Below are positions 26,558 through 38,927 of a stretch of DNA of 64,000 nt, piece by piece. The stretch covers positions 17,734,001 to 17,798,000 of the forward strand of contig NC_058369.1 in the NCBI RefSeq assembly GCF_018350175.1, given 5' to 3'. Origin of the DNA: Felis catus. Taxonomy: Eukaryota. Position numbers and translations under genes: made by a program. Under the pieces are notes generated by a model. It was not told where the DNA came from. It saw only the letters and a program-made list of their open reading frames with translations, and made no database searches. The number at the start of each line of letters is the position of its first letter. Position 1 is the stretch's first letter.

Positions 26558-28088
26558 GGCGCCCAAGCTCACCCCATGTTAGCCTCTGCCTTCACTCCAG
26601 GGCAGCCAGGAGCCCTGGACTTCCCCTCTTTCCATCATGGGCCACTCAGTTTCAATCTCCTCCCCTTTCGAGGAAAAGGAAAGCAGATCTTGGCCCTCCC
26701 CTATCCCTGACGTCAGTGGCAGGAAGAGCAACACAGAGCTCTTAAAGACACAGCAAGGCCCAGCTGCACCAGAGGGGCCAGGAGCAGGCAGGGAAGCCAA
26801 GTGTTCAGGTGGTCCTCCCAGAGCTGTGTCCCCAGCCTCACGTGCCCCGACCTGGCCTCTCACCAAGGCTATCCACCCGTCCTCCTGCCGAGACGCTGCC
26901 ATGGGATCTGAGATGCCCTGAGTGCCCAAGCCACACTCCTGCTTGGTCCCAACTCAGCCCACCAGCCCCGTTCCAGCTGTCCTCCTTGATGGGTACCTTC
27001 AGTGATCTAGGCCCACCAGCAACCCCCAGGGCCTCCTGGATGACACACGAATCCCCTCAGCACCCCCTCTCCCACCAGCACATGTTCCAAGCCAGTAGCC
27101 TACCTTGCCAGGATGATGTAAGTGCCTCCTCAAGTGCCCCTGGCCAACCTGCCAGGTCTGATCAAGTCACTCCTGCTCAAAAGCCTGCTATGGCTCCTAT
27201 AGCTCTCAGGATCACACAGGAATTCGCTTTATAATTTACTTGTTAAACTGTATCTGGGGCACCTGGCTGGCTCAGTCAGTATAGCACATGACTCTTGATC
27301 TTGGGTTGTGAGTTTGAGCTCCACATTGTGTGTAGAGATTACTTAAAAGTAAAAAAATTGGCGTGCCTGGGTGGCTTAGTCGGTGAAGAATCTGACTCTT
27401 GATTTCGGCTCAGGTCATAATCTCACAGTTTGTGAGATTTAGCCCGGCCCAGGGCCCCATGCGGACAGCACGAAGCCTACCTGGGATTCTCTCTCTCCTT
27501 TCTGCCCTGCCCCTGTTTGCACGTGCTCATGCATGCACGTTTCTTCTCTTAAATGAACTTTAAAAAAAAAAAAAAAGCTCAGATATTTTAATAGATATAA
27601 ATAAATAAAATATTTTTTAAAATTTTATTTAAAAAAAAATTGGGGGCACCTGGGTGGCTCAGTCGGTCAAGCATCCAACTTCAGCTCAGGTCATGATCTC
27701 ATGGCTCATGGGTTCGAGCGACACATCGGGCTTTGTGCTGACAGCTCAGATTCTGTGTCTCCCTCTTTCTCTGCAACTCCTCCACTCGCACTCTGTCTCT
27801 CTCTCTCTCTCTCTCTCAAAAATAAATGAACATTAAAAAAATTTTTTTTTTGAGAGAGAGAGAGGGAGAGAGAGAGAACATAAGTGGGGGAGGGGCAGAG
27901 AGGGAGGGTGACAGAGGATTTGAAGCAGGGTCTATGCTGACAGCAGAGAGCCTGATGTGGGGCTCAAACTCACAAATGGTGAGACCATGACCTGAGCTGA
28001 AGTAGAATGCTTAACTGAGTCATCCCGGCACCCCTAAATTTTCTTTTAGAGAGAGAGGGCGTGGACAGGGGAGAGGGGCAGAAGGGGT

Positions 28089-28147
<59 letters not shown>

Positions 28148-31100
28148 TCCTAAGGAGGCTCCACGCTCTGCACTGAGCCCAACACAGGGCTCGATCCCAC
28201 AATCCTGGGATCATGACCTGAGCTGAAATTAAGGGCCGGATGCTGAAATGACAGCCAGCCAGGTGCCCCCCCCCCACCAAAAAAAAAGTCTTAAAAAAAT
28301 TTAAAAATTAAAAAGAGATAAATTATGTGTATCTATTTGTACTTATCTGTATATATATTATAGTTTACAAAAAAGGGGGGGTATCTAGGATTTGTCTCAC
28401 CAGATAGTAAAACTTACAATAAGACAAATTTTAATCTTTAATTAATAAAGTCTAAATAAAATAAAACTTGTGTGGTCTGGGGCTCCCACCTTACCTTGTT
28501 CTCTGTGCTCTGGCCACATCACCTTCCTTTCAGCTTTGCAAAGCCCCATGCTGTATCTTACTTCAGGGCCTTTGCACATGCAGTGCCTCCTGCCTGGTCC
28601 ACTCTTCTCTTTGTCTCACCCCCATGTAACTAATTTCTGTTCACCTTTCAGAACTCAGCTCAAAATATTATTTCATCAGGAACACTTCCCCTGACCATGC
28701 AGATAAGTTCAGGTAAGAACTTCCTGTCTACCTCAGTTTATAAACACTCAGTGTGAGCATTTGATTAACATGTACCTTGCCTCCAGCCCATGGATTCACA
28801 GAGGTACAGACTGCACCTGTTTTGGGCCATCACTGTAACTCCAGTGACTAGCATACAATAAGTGTTCAATAAGTATCTAATGAATGAAAAACTCACTCAG
28901 GGACCCAGGGGCAGCACCTCATAGGACAGCAAGGCATGATGTTCTGGGGAAGGGTAATATTTGAGGGGTGGTTGCAGTGTGGCAGGGGTCTGTGGTACCA
29001 ATGGCCACAGTTCCAGTTGAACCATGCCTCTGAGAGGAAGGAATGATATTCCCAAGGTTGGGGCTACCTCCCAGATCAAAGACACCAAAGGCCAAGTTCA
29101 AAAAATAGAGCCAGCCCAGGCAGGGAGCAGGTGGGGCTGAACTAGGGGGTCCCAGAAGGCCAAAGACTCCCAATGTTCAGACTGGGGAAAGGCCATCTCT
29201 GGAGCAGGGACACCAGCACTTTCACCATGACGCTGGCAAGGCAGGGGACTGGCCATGACACAGTGGGTGTGAGAGCTGCAGAAAGGATGCTGGGAGGGCC
29301 AGGACAGGTTCACCATTGCCTCATCTCACCTCAAGGACCTGTATGCCTTTCCCACAAACTGTCACAGTGGAGTCAGGATGGAGGGTCAGCAGCAGCCTGC
29401 CTGGGGTCTGAAGCCATGCATCCTACCAGTCAGGTGCCTAAAAACATGCCAATCCTGCCTGACCATCCCATGAGTAGCAAGGGACTGGGAAGGGACAATG
29501 AAATCAGGATCCAAAAGAACCATGACAGAGGAGCAAGGAAGCTTTGGGGAGGGAACAAGCCAAAAAGGGACACAGCCACTGACCATTCAATAGGGCAGGA
29601 TGGGGCTCACCTACCAAAGGTGGGGAGCAGGCAGAAGACTTGGGCCAACTCCAGGCCCATGGATAACATGGCCACACCATAGGGAGCACAGTGCCACATT
29701 CAGGGAAGATATCACCCATCCAGGTTGTGACAGGCAGAAATAGTCTCATCTGGGTCCCTGTGCTCTGAGCTGGTGCCTCATTCTTGGGGAACCCAAGGAG
29801 TCACTCACAGAGGCAGACAAGGGGTTTTTCCTTCTATCGAGGCTTCCCTGGAGCTCCCAGCCATGGTCTGGGCAGTAGGTGCCGGACCCACCAAGGAGCC
29901 CACACTCCAGTGGATAAACAGCACCCTTGGCCGAGGGGGCAGCACACAGGTGCCCACCTGAGAGAATGGACAGGCAGCCACCTGAGGGCATTCACAGAAG
30001 TGTCGGTGACCGTGCCCTTTTACCTGCTCGGTACCTGCTTCCCAAGCCCTAAACCTTTATTAAGACAGGTGTCATGTGAGACACAGGGGCTCTGGTAAGA
30101 AAGCAGAGAAGAGACGGGGCAGAGCAGGGTGGGGGCAAGTCAACAGCATTACTGTCAGCACTTCTCAGTGGGCAGCACATCTGGGGCAGGAGGCATGAAG
30201 GGCACAGGCAGGGCAGGAGGCACAGGCACCCCCACCAGGCACAGTGGTGTGCACGCTGCAGCATGTGGCCCCGCTCACCAGTTCCGTGACTGGTGCACAC
30301 CTCAAGGAGCGACAGGTGCTCCTGGGCTCGTCCCAGTCACCTCCCTAACTGCCTGCCACAAGCCCTAGCAGTCATTCCTCCTATGCCCCTCAGGGACCTT
30401 GTTCTGCAGCGTCCCCTCTGTCCCCTTTCCCAGCCTAGGTCTCCACCAGCACCGAAGAAGCCCTTCTTCACCCTGACTCCTCCTCCAACTCCTGTCTTAC
30501 TCCTCACTGGTTCACAGCCAGATATCTCCCTGAAGCTGTCTACACTCACTTCACCCTACCCATTTCCAACTCACTCTTCAATCCACTGCACTGAACGGCT
30601 CCTGCCACAGGTGCCATGGCCTCTGTGGTATGGCATCCACATTTCTCAATACCCCACGGACCGGGCGTCTTCCTCTTTCCTCCCACTTTTCTGAACCCTC
30701 CTGCTCAGCTCCTCCTGAGGCCATTCTTGAAACGTTGCTGACCCTCAGATTCAGTCCTCAACACACTCCTGCCACCCAACCTGAGCCCTTCACCCCAAAC
30801 CCACTCCTTGTCCCACATCCTCTCACAGGGCCAGACCTCTGGCCCTGTCAACAGAGACCAGCTTCCCCCACCCCTCCCTAGCGCAGCTGCTGAATGCCCG
30901 TCTCCAGCCTCATAGCACCCCACCAAAGCCAGTCCCCCTCTAGCCTCCCAACACCTTGGACTGGGAAGCCATGGCTGCCTCCCACTAGCCACCCGCCACC
31001 CCGTCTCTGCCTGCTGCCTTCACCCTCCATAGAGCAGCCAGAGTGGTCTTCCTAAAACACCATTCAGACGAGCACTGCCCAGAACCCCATGCTGCCCGCT

Positions 31101-34100
31101 GTCCTCAGGACAAGGCCCACCCCTGGGCTGCCCCCGGCCCACACTGGCTGGACATCAGAACATCCTGTGGGGCCATCTGAAAGCCCACAGTTCTGGGACT
31201 CAACAGTGGAAGGGCATTCCCTGGATGTGGAGGGAGGGGCTCATCGAGGCGTCAGTCCCCAGTCAGCCAAGGGGGCGGGATCAGCCAGCAGATGGGAGTA
31301 CAGAGGCCGGGCCCTGGGCACTGAGGGGGGACCACAGGCTGCACTTCTCCCCTCCCCACTCCCAGGTGCCCCGTCTGATTCCACATCCACCCAGGTCCAC
31401 AGGGCAGGATGGGGCAGGCAAGCACCTGGACCCCCGTGCAAGCCCTGAGCCCAAAGTCTCTTCCTCCTAAGGGGCAACCAGGCCTGGGCAGATCTTCTCC
31501 CAAAAGGGGCTTCTAGATCCACCAGGGCAGGGGCAGGCGGCACGTGGAACAGTCCCCACCAGGAAAACGCACCAGTGGCTGCACGCTTACGCCATCTGTA
31601 TGAAACGTGTGTCACAACACCTGGTCGTGGTGGCAACAAGACATAGCAGGAAACTGGCCGAGGGAACTGAGCTTTCAAAGATTGGGTTGTTCCCTGGCCC
31701 CCTGACAGAAGGGCCCTGACACAGCAACCATAACTCACAAGCCCAGACACGGGGACTGGGTGTCATCGGTTGTCCCAGCATCTTCACCGCGCTCCATCAT
31801 TACCTCACCACTGTGCACCTGCACCACCATCGCCCACCGCCATCACCCTGTCACCTCTTCACCCATCGCTGTCGCCCCGTCACCACCATTGCCCTGAGAC
31901 CATCACCACCATCACTGTATCACCATCGCCACCAAAGCCCCACCGCGTCACCACCATTGCCCCGTCGCCGTTACGATTACACCATCCCTGTCACCACCGT
32001 CACCATCATGCTCTCCCTATCACCTAGGTCAACATGGACCCCTACCCTTGGCCTTTCAACTGCCAACCATAGTCCTCCCATTCCTAAGTACGATGATTGA
32101 GGACACAACTTTCCAACATGAGGAGCAAGGGACCTGGTGGTCAGTCTCTGGGGCTAGTCACTACAATGACTCTGCGGCATCCCAGTCCCCCCAGCCCTCA
32201 CTCTAGCCCGCTAAGCCCCTTGTCATCTTGGCCAGGAAGATGCACGCAGCCTGCAGGTTTTATTTACCCTGACATGGGGTCGCTGTCCAAGCTGGAACGG
32301 AACCTCAGCGCCGAGCCTAGCTGCTCCAGTGGCTCTATATCAGTGGACACGCTGCAAAGAGGAAAACTCACAGTTAATACATCCAAGCCCCACCCAGCAT
32401 ACCAGGAACAAATGCTACCTTAGTGCACACACACAACATGCACGAAAGCCAGTCCTGTACGGGGCCAGCGAGTAGCCCTAATGGCCTCCTGAGCATGACT
32501 ATCACACACACCAGGATCTCAGGCTAGAATGCCACACATTCTTCTTTTTTTTTTTTTTTAATTTTTTTAATGTTTATTTTATTTTTGAGACAGAGAGAGA
32601 GAGAGAGAGAGGCAGAGAGAGAGGGAGACAGAATCTGAAGCAGGCTCCAGGCTCTGAGTTGTCAGCACAGAGCCTGACACAGGGCTCAAACCCATCAACC
32701 ATGAGATCATAACCTGACGCTTAACTGACTGAGCCACCCAGGCGCCCCCACACGTTTTTCTCAAGTGCACATGGAAACATTCTCCAGTACAGACCACAGG
32801 TAAGGCCTGGCAGGCTCAATAGATTTGAAAAGATTGGTATCATACAAAGTATCTTTTCGAACCACAATGCTACTAAGCTGGAAATCAGCAAAGGAAGATT
32901 ACCATGTCACAAAGTTAAAAAAGAAATGGTAGGGGCTCGGTAAAGCGTCCAACTCCCGATTTCGGCTCAGGTCACCATCTCACAGTTTCGTGAGTTTGAG
33001 CCCTGCGTCAGGATCTGCACTGACAGTGTGGAGCTTACTTGTGATTCTCTCTCTCCCTCTCTCTCTGCCCCTCCCCTGCTCGTGCTCTGTCTCTCTCAAA
33101 ATAAACAAAAAAAATTTTTTAAGAAAATTATTAATGAATTACTGTTAATTGTGCTAAATGTACTATTGATACAGTGATTATATTTCTTTACAAAGGACTC
33201 ATTTGTATAGATAAAAACTAACATTTGAGGAGAAATTTTTATGATGGTTTAATTTTTATTTTGTTTTAAAATAATGAGGAAAAGGGGCACCTGGATGGCT
33301 CAGTTGGTTGAGCATCCAACTTCAGCTCAGGTCATGATCTCACAGTCCGTGAGTTCGAGCCCCGCGTCGGGCTCTGTGCTGACAGTTCAGAGCCTGGAGC
33401 CTGCTTCGGATTCTGTGTCTCCCTCTCTCTCTGCCCCTCCCCCACTCGCACTCTGTCTCTATCAAAAAAGGAATAAACGTTAAAAAATTAATTAATTAAT
33501 TAATTAATGAGGAAAAAAAGTGGTGGAAAGTGTATGGTCAGAGTGTGGGTAACTATGGAAGCAGGTCATGGATGTGGAGTTATTATTCTCTTGTTTTTGT
33601 ATATATTGAAACTTTCCAAAATTAAATGTAGAACAAAATTCAAAAGCATGAGGAAAAACTACACCCTAAATTTGAAGGAAAACTGAAGCTGAGGAGAAAA
33701 TACTTTTAAAAAGTCAGAGAGCAAAGGCTCCTGGCTGGCTCAGTCAAAAAAGCACGCAACTCTTGATCTCCAGGTCATGGGTTCAAGCCCCGGGTCGGGT
33801 ATAGAGATTACTCAAATAAATAAAACTTAAAAAAAAGAATCAGTATGTAGGCTTTGGTGAGCAATAACAGAGCAGAGGATGCCAAGCTGGTGTGTGGGAG
33901 GCTGGAAAGAGAGACCCAGGGAAGCTAACCCGGCATCTGAGGCCCTGTTGCTCCCGGGGGCACTAGCCAACTTCAGAGGGGCAGCTGAGGGGCTGAATGG
34001 AGATTGGACTCAGAGCCCACCAAGTGACGATGATTCTCTGATGATTCCCACCAACTGGGGATGAGACCTAAAAAGCTGCACCCCAAGAATAAGGGAGAAA

Positions 34101-35209
34101 GTGAGCAGAGAGCTGAGCTCCTAATCCTCTTGGCCTCTGCAGTTAGGCCAAGGTGGTCTGAGAGTGCCGTGTCCCTGCAAAAGCAAGACTTCTCCTCAGA
34201 AGTCCTGAGCTCCAAATTTCTACAGTCAATTTTGCAAATGTAATGTTAGGCACACATTACAAAGTTTTCAGAAACACTAGGACACTAGACAACATGAATA
34301 CAAGACCAAAGAGAAAGGGACACGTGGGTGGCTCAGCTAAGTGTCCGACTTTGACTCAGGTCACGATCTCATGGTTCGTGGGTTTGAGCCCTGCATTGGG
34401 CTCTGTGCTGACAGCTCAGAGCCTGGAGCCTGCTTCAGGTTCTGTGTTTCCTTCTCTCTCTGTCCCTCACCTGCTCACGCTCTCTCTTTGTCTGTCTCTG
34501 TCTCTGTCTCTGTCTCTGTCTCTCAAAAATAAACAAACAGGAGCACCTGGGCGGCTCAGTTGGTTGACTGACTTTGGCTCAGGCCATGGTCTCCTGGTTC
34601 GTGGCTCTGAGCCCCACATCAGGCTCTGTGCTGACAGCTTGGAGCCTGGAGCCTGCCTCAGATTCTGTGTCTCTGTCTCTCTCTGCTCATGCTTTCTCTC
34701 TCTCAAAAATAAATAAACATTAAAAAAATTAAAAAATAAATAAAAATAAAAAATAAATGGGGCGCCTGGGTGGCTCAGTCGGTTAAGCATTTGACTTCGG
34801 TTCAGGTCATGATCTCGCAGTCTGTGAGTTCAAGCCCCGCATCAGGCTCTGTGCTGACCGCTCAGAGCCTGGAGCCTGTTTCAGATTCTGTGTCTCCCTC
34901 TCTCTCTGACCCTCCCCCGTTCATGCTTTGTCTCTCTCTGTCTCAAAAATAAATGTTAAGAAAAAATTTTAAAAAATAAATAAATACTTAGCTTCTTTAA
35001 AAATATATATAAAAAATAAAATAAAAAATAAATAAACAATCATTGGGGCACCTGGGTGGCTCAGTTGGTTAAGTGTCTGACTTCAGCTCAGGTCATGATC
35101 TCATGGTTCATGAGTTTGAGCCCCACGCTGGGCTATGTGCTGACAGCTCAGAGCCTGGAGCTGCTTCGGATTCTGTGTCTCCTCTCTCTCTGTCCCTCCC
35201 CTGCTCGTA

Positions 35210-35249
<40 letters not shown>

Positions 35250-38200
35250 AATAAACAGGGGCGCCTAGGTGGCTCAGTTGGTTGAGTGTCCAACTTTGGC
35301 TCAGGTCATGATCTTGCAGTTCATGGGTTCAAGCCCCACATCAGGCTCTGTGCTGACAACTTGGAGCCTGGAGCCTGCTTCGGATTCTGTCTCCCAGTCC
35401 TGCCACTCCTCTGTCTCTCTCTCAAAAATAAACATTAAAAAAAAAATTTTTTTTTAAGTAGTCAGAAAAACCATATTGCTTGCAAAGGAGCAATTATTAA
35501 ACTGTCAACTGGTTTCTCAACAGAAATAATAGACAACAGAAGACAATGGAATGGAGTGCCTGCCTGGCTCAGTCGGAAGGGTATGCAATGACTCTTAGTG
35601 TTTTTTTTTTAATGTTTATTTATTTTTGAAAGAGAGAGGGAGAGTGTGAGTGGGGGAGGGGGAGAAAAGTGAGGGGGACCCAGAATCCAAAGCAGGCTCC
35701 AGGCTCTGAGCTGTCAGCACAGAGCCCAATGCGGGGCTCTAACTCACAAACTGTGAGATCATGACTTGAGCCAAAGTCAGACACTTAACCGACTGAGCTA
35801 CCCAGGTGCCCCAGTATGCAATGACTCTTGACCTCAGGGTCATAAGTTTGATCCCCATGATGGGTGTAGAGATTGCTAAAAAAATAAATAAACGTAAAAA
35901 AAAAAAAAAAAGAATGGAATGAAAGCTTTAAAGTGCTGAGAGAAGTTAGTAGCTGCCAACCTAGAAATCTATAACCAGGAAAAATATACTTTGAGGAGGG
36001 AGGTGAAATAATGACATTTTCAGAGAAACAAAAACCAAGACAATTTGACACCAGCATACCTGCATGAAGGCAGAAGGAACATGATCTCAGTTGAGGCTTA
36101 AAGATGCAGGACGCAATAAGAAGCAGCGAGAAGATAAAGATATGGATCAATGTAAATAAATATTCACTGTCTTGTATGGAAACCAATTTGACAATAAATT
36201 TCATATTGAAATAAATAAATAAATATTCACTGTCAAAAACAATTAAAATACTGTCTTTGAGGTTATACAAGAGATAAAGAGGGACATTACATATAAGATG
36301 AACAATTCATCAGAAAGTCAAACCAACCCTAAATATGTATGCACCTAATAACAAAGCATCAGAACTCATGAAGCAAATATTGACAAAACTAAAACAACAA
36401 ACATATCTGTGGTCTCCAGTAATCAATAAAGCAAGCAGACAAAACCAAAAGGCAGAAAAGAACTAAACACTATTATCAACCAACTTGACCTGACACTTAT
36501 AAAGCACTATACCCAACAACTGCAGAATATACCATTTTTCAGGTTCATATGAAACATTTACCAAGTACAGTATAGGTTGGGTCATAAAATGAGTCACAAT
36601 AAATCTCAAAAGACTTAAATCTTAAAAGAAAACAACACAATGAGGTATCACCACACATTCACCAAAATTACTGAAATTAAAACCTAGGCAATAGCAGTGA
36701 TCTAGATCTTGACTGAGATATTATATGTGAGAAGTATACATTTATTAAAACTCATCAAACTGAAACATTCAGACCTGTGCATTTTGCTGTATGTGATTAT
36801 AGCTCAATTTTTAAAAATGACTTACAATGCCAAGTTTAGAGAGGATGTATAGAAAACTGGGACTCTCATACATGGCTGGAAAGAGTGTAAATGGTACAGT
36901 GTTAGAAAACTGGAAGTATCTGCCAGTATCTGGAAGCTGAACACATGCACCAATGACTCAGCAATTTTACTCCAAGATATTTACCCAAAAGAAATATGTT
37001 CCTTCGAAATTTTTATTTATTTAAATAATCTCTGTCCCCAACGTGGGGCTCAAACTCATGACCCTAAGATCAACAGTCACATGCTCCTCCAACTGAGCCA
37101 GCCAGGCACCCCAGAAATATGTTCCTTTTTTTTTTTTATGTTTTATTTATTTTTGAGGGAGAGAGAGACAGAGTACGAACAGGGGAGGGGCAGAGAGAGA
37201 GGGAGACACAGAACCTGCAAAGCAGGCTCTAGGCTCTGAGCCATCAGCACAGAGCCCGATGTGGCACTTGAACTCCTGAACCATGATCATGACTTGAGCC
37301 AAGTCAGAAGCTCAACCAACTGAGCCACTCAGGCGCCCTGAAATATGTTCCTTTTAAAAGGCACCAAAGAGGGGCACCTGGGTGGCTCAGTCGGTTAAGC
37401 ATCTGACTTCAGCTCAGGTCATGATCTCACAGTTCTTGGGTTCAAACCCCGCATCATGCAGAGAGTTCAGAGCCTGGAGAATGCTTCCGATTCTGTATCT
37501 CCCTCTCTTTCTGTCCCTCCCCTGTTTGTGCTCTGTCTCTGTCTCTCAAAAATGAATAAATGTTAAAAAAAAAAAAACTTAAAAAAATAAACAATAAATA
37601 AATAAATGGCACCAAATATTTGCCTGGGTGGCCCAATTGGTTGGGTGTCTGACTTCAGCTCAGGTCATGACCTCAAGGTCCATGGGTTCAAGCCCGCGCC
37701 AGGCTCTGTGCTTTAGATTCTGTGTCTCCCTCTCTCTCTGCCCCTCCCCTACTCACACTCTGTTTCTCTCTCTCAAAAATAAATAAACGGGGTGCCTGGG
37801 TGGCTCAGTCGGTTAAGTGTCCGACTTTGGCTCAGGTCATGATCTCGTGGTCCGTGAGTTCGAGCCCCGCATCGGGCTCTGGGCTGATGGCTCAGAGCCT
37901 GGAGCCTGTTTCCGATTCTGTGTCTCCCTCTCTCTCTGCCCCTCCCCCATTTATGCTCTGTCTCTCTCTGTCCCAAAAATAAATAAACGTTGAAAAAAAG
38001 AAAAAGAGTTCTTAATATCACTATTAGAATAGCGGGGGCGGGGGGAAGAATAGCAGAAGCCTAGTCTAATAAAAGGTGTCTTAAAAAAAAAAAAAACAAA
38101 GAAACTACAGCAGGAGAACCTGGGTGGCTCAGTCAGTTGAGCATCCATCTTTGGCTCAGGTCATGATCTCGCAGTTTGTGAGTTTGAGCCTCGCGTCAGG

Positions 38201-38871
38201 CTCGTTGCTGTCAGCAGAGAGGCTGCTTCAGATCTTCTGTTCCCCAACTTCCCGCCACCCCCCCACCCCCAGCTCTGCCCCTCCCCCACTAACACTCTCT
38301 CTTCTCAAAAATAAATAAACATTAAAAACCACACACATACAAAACTACAGCAAACATTTTTTAACCAGGAAATGATGAAAGCCTTCCCTCTGGAACCAGA
38401 AACAAGAATGCTACCTATCACCACTTTCAATCATCATTGTACTGGAGATCCTAGCCAGTGTAATAAAACAAGAAAAATTAATTATAAGAACTGGAATGGA
38501 AAAAATAAGACATTAATTGCACATGATGTGACTATTTTTGTAGAAAATTCTAAAGAAATTTCAATTAAAATCACTCAAATTAATAAGTAAATTTAGTAAA
38601 GTCTCTGGATACAAGGTCAATTTATTAAAATTTATTACCTTTCTCTGTATCAATACATAATGAGAATTTTAAACTATACTACTTACAGTACTATGAAAAA
38701 GACTGAGGCACCTGGATGGCTCAGTTGGTTAAGCATCCGACTTTGGTTCAGATCATGATCCCACAGTTTGTGGGTTCAAGCCCCATGTGGGGCTCTATGC
38801 TGACAGCTCAGAGCCTGGAGCCTACTTTGAATTCTGTGTCTCCTTCTCTCTCTCTGTCCCTCTCCCACTTG

Positions 38872-38927
<56 letters not shown>

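Noticed and set aside
31770..32100. His/Pro/Thr-rich ORFs
   Set aside because: By-products of the CACCAT low-complexity repeat.
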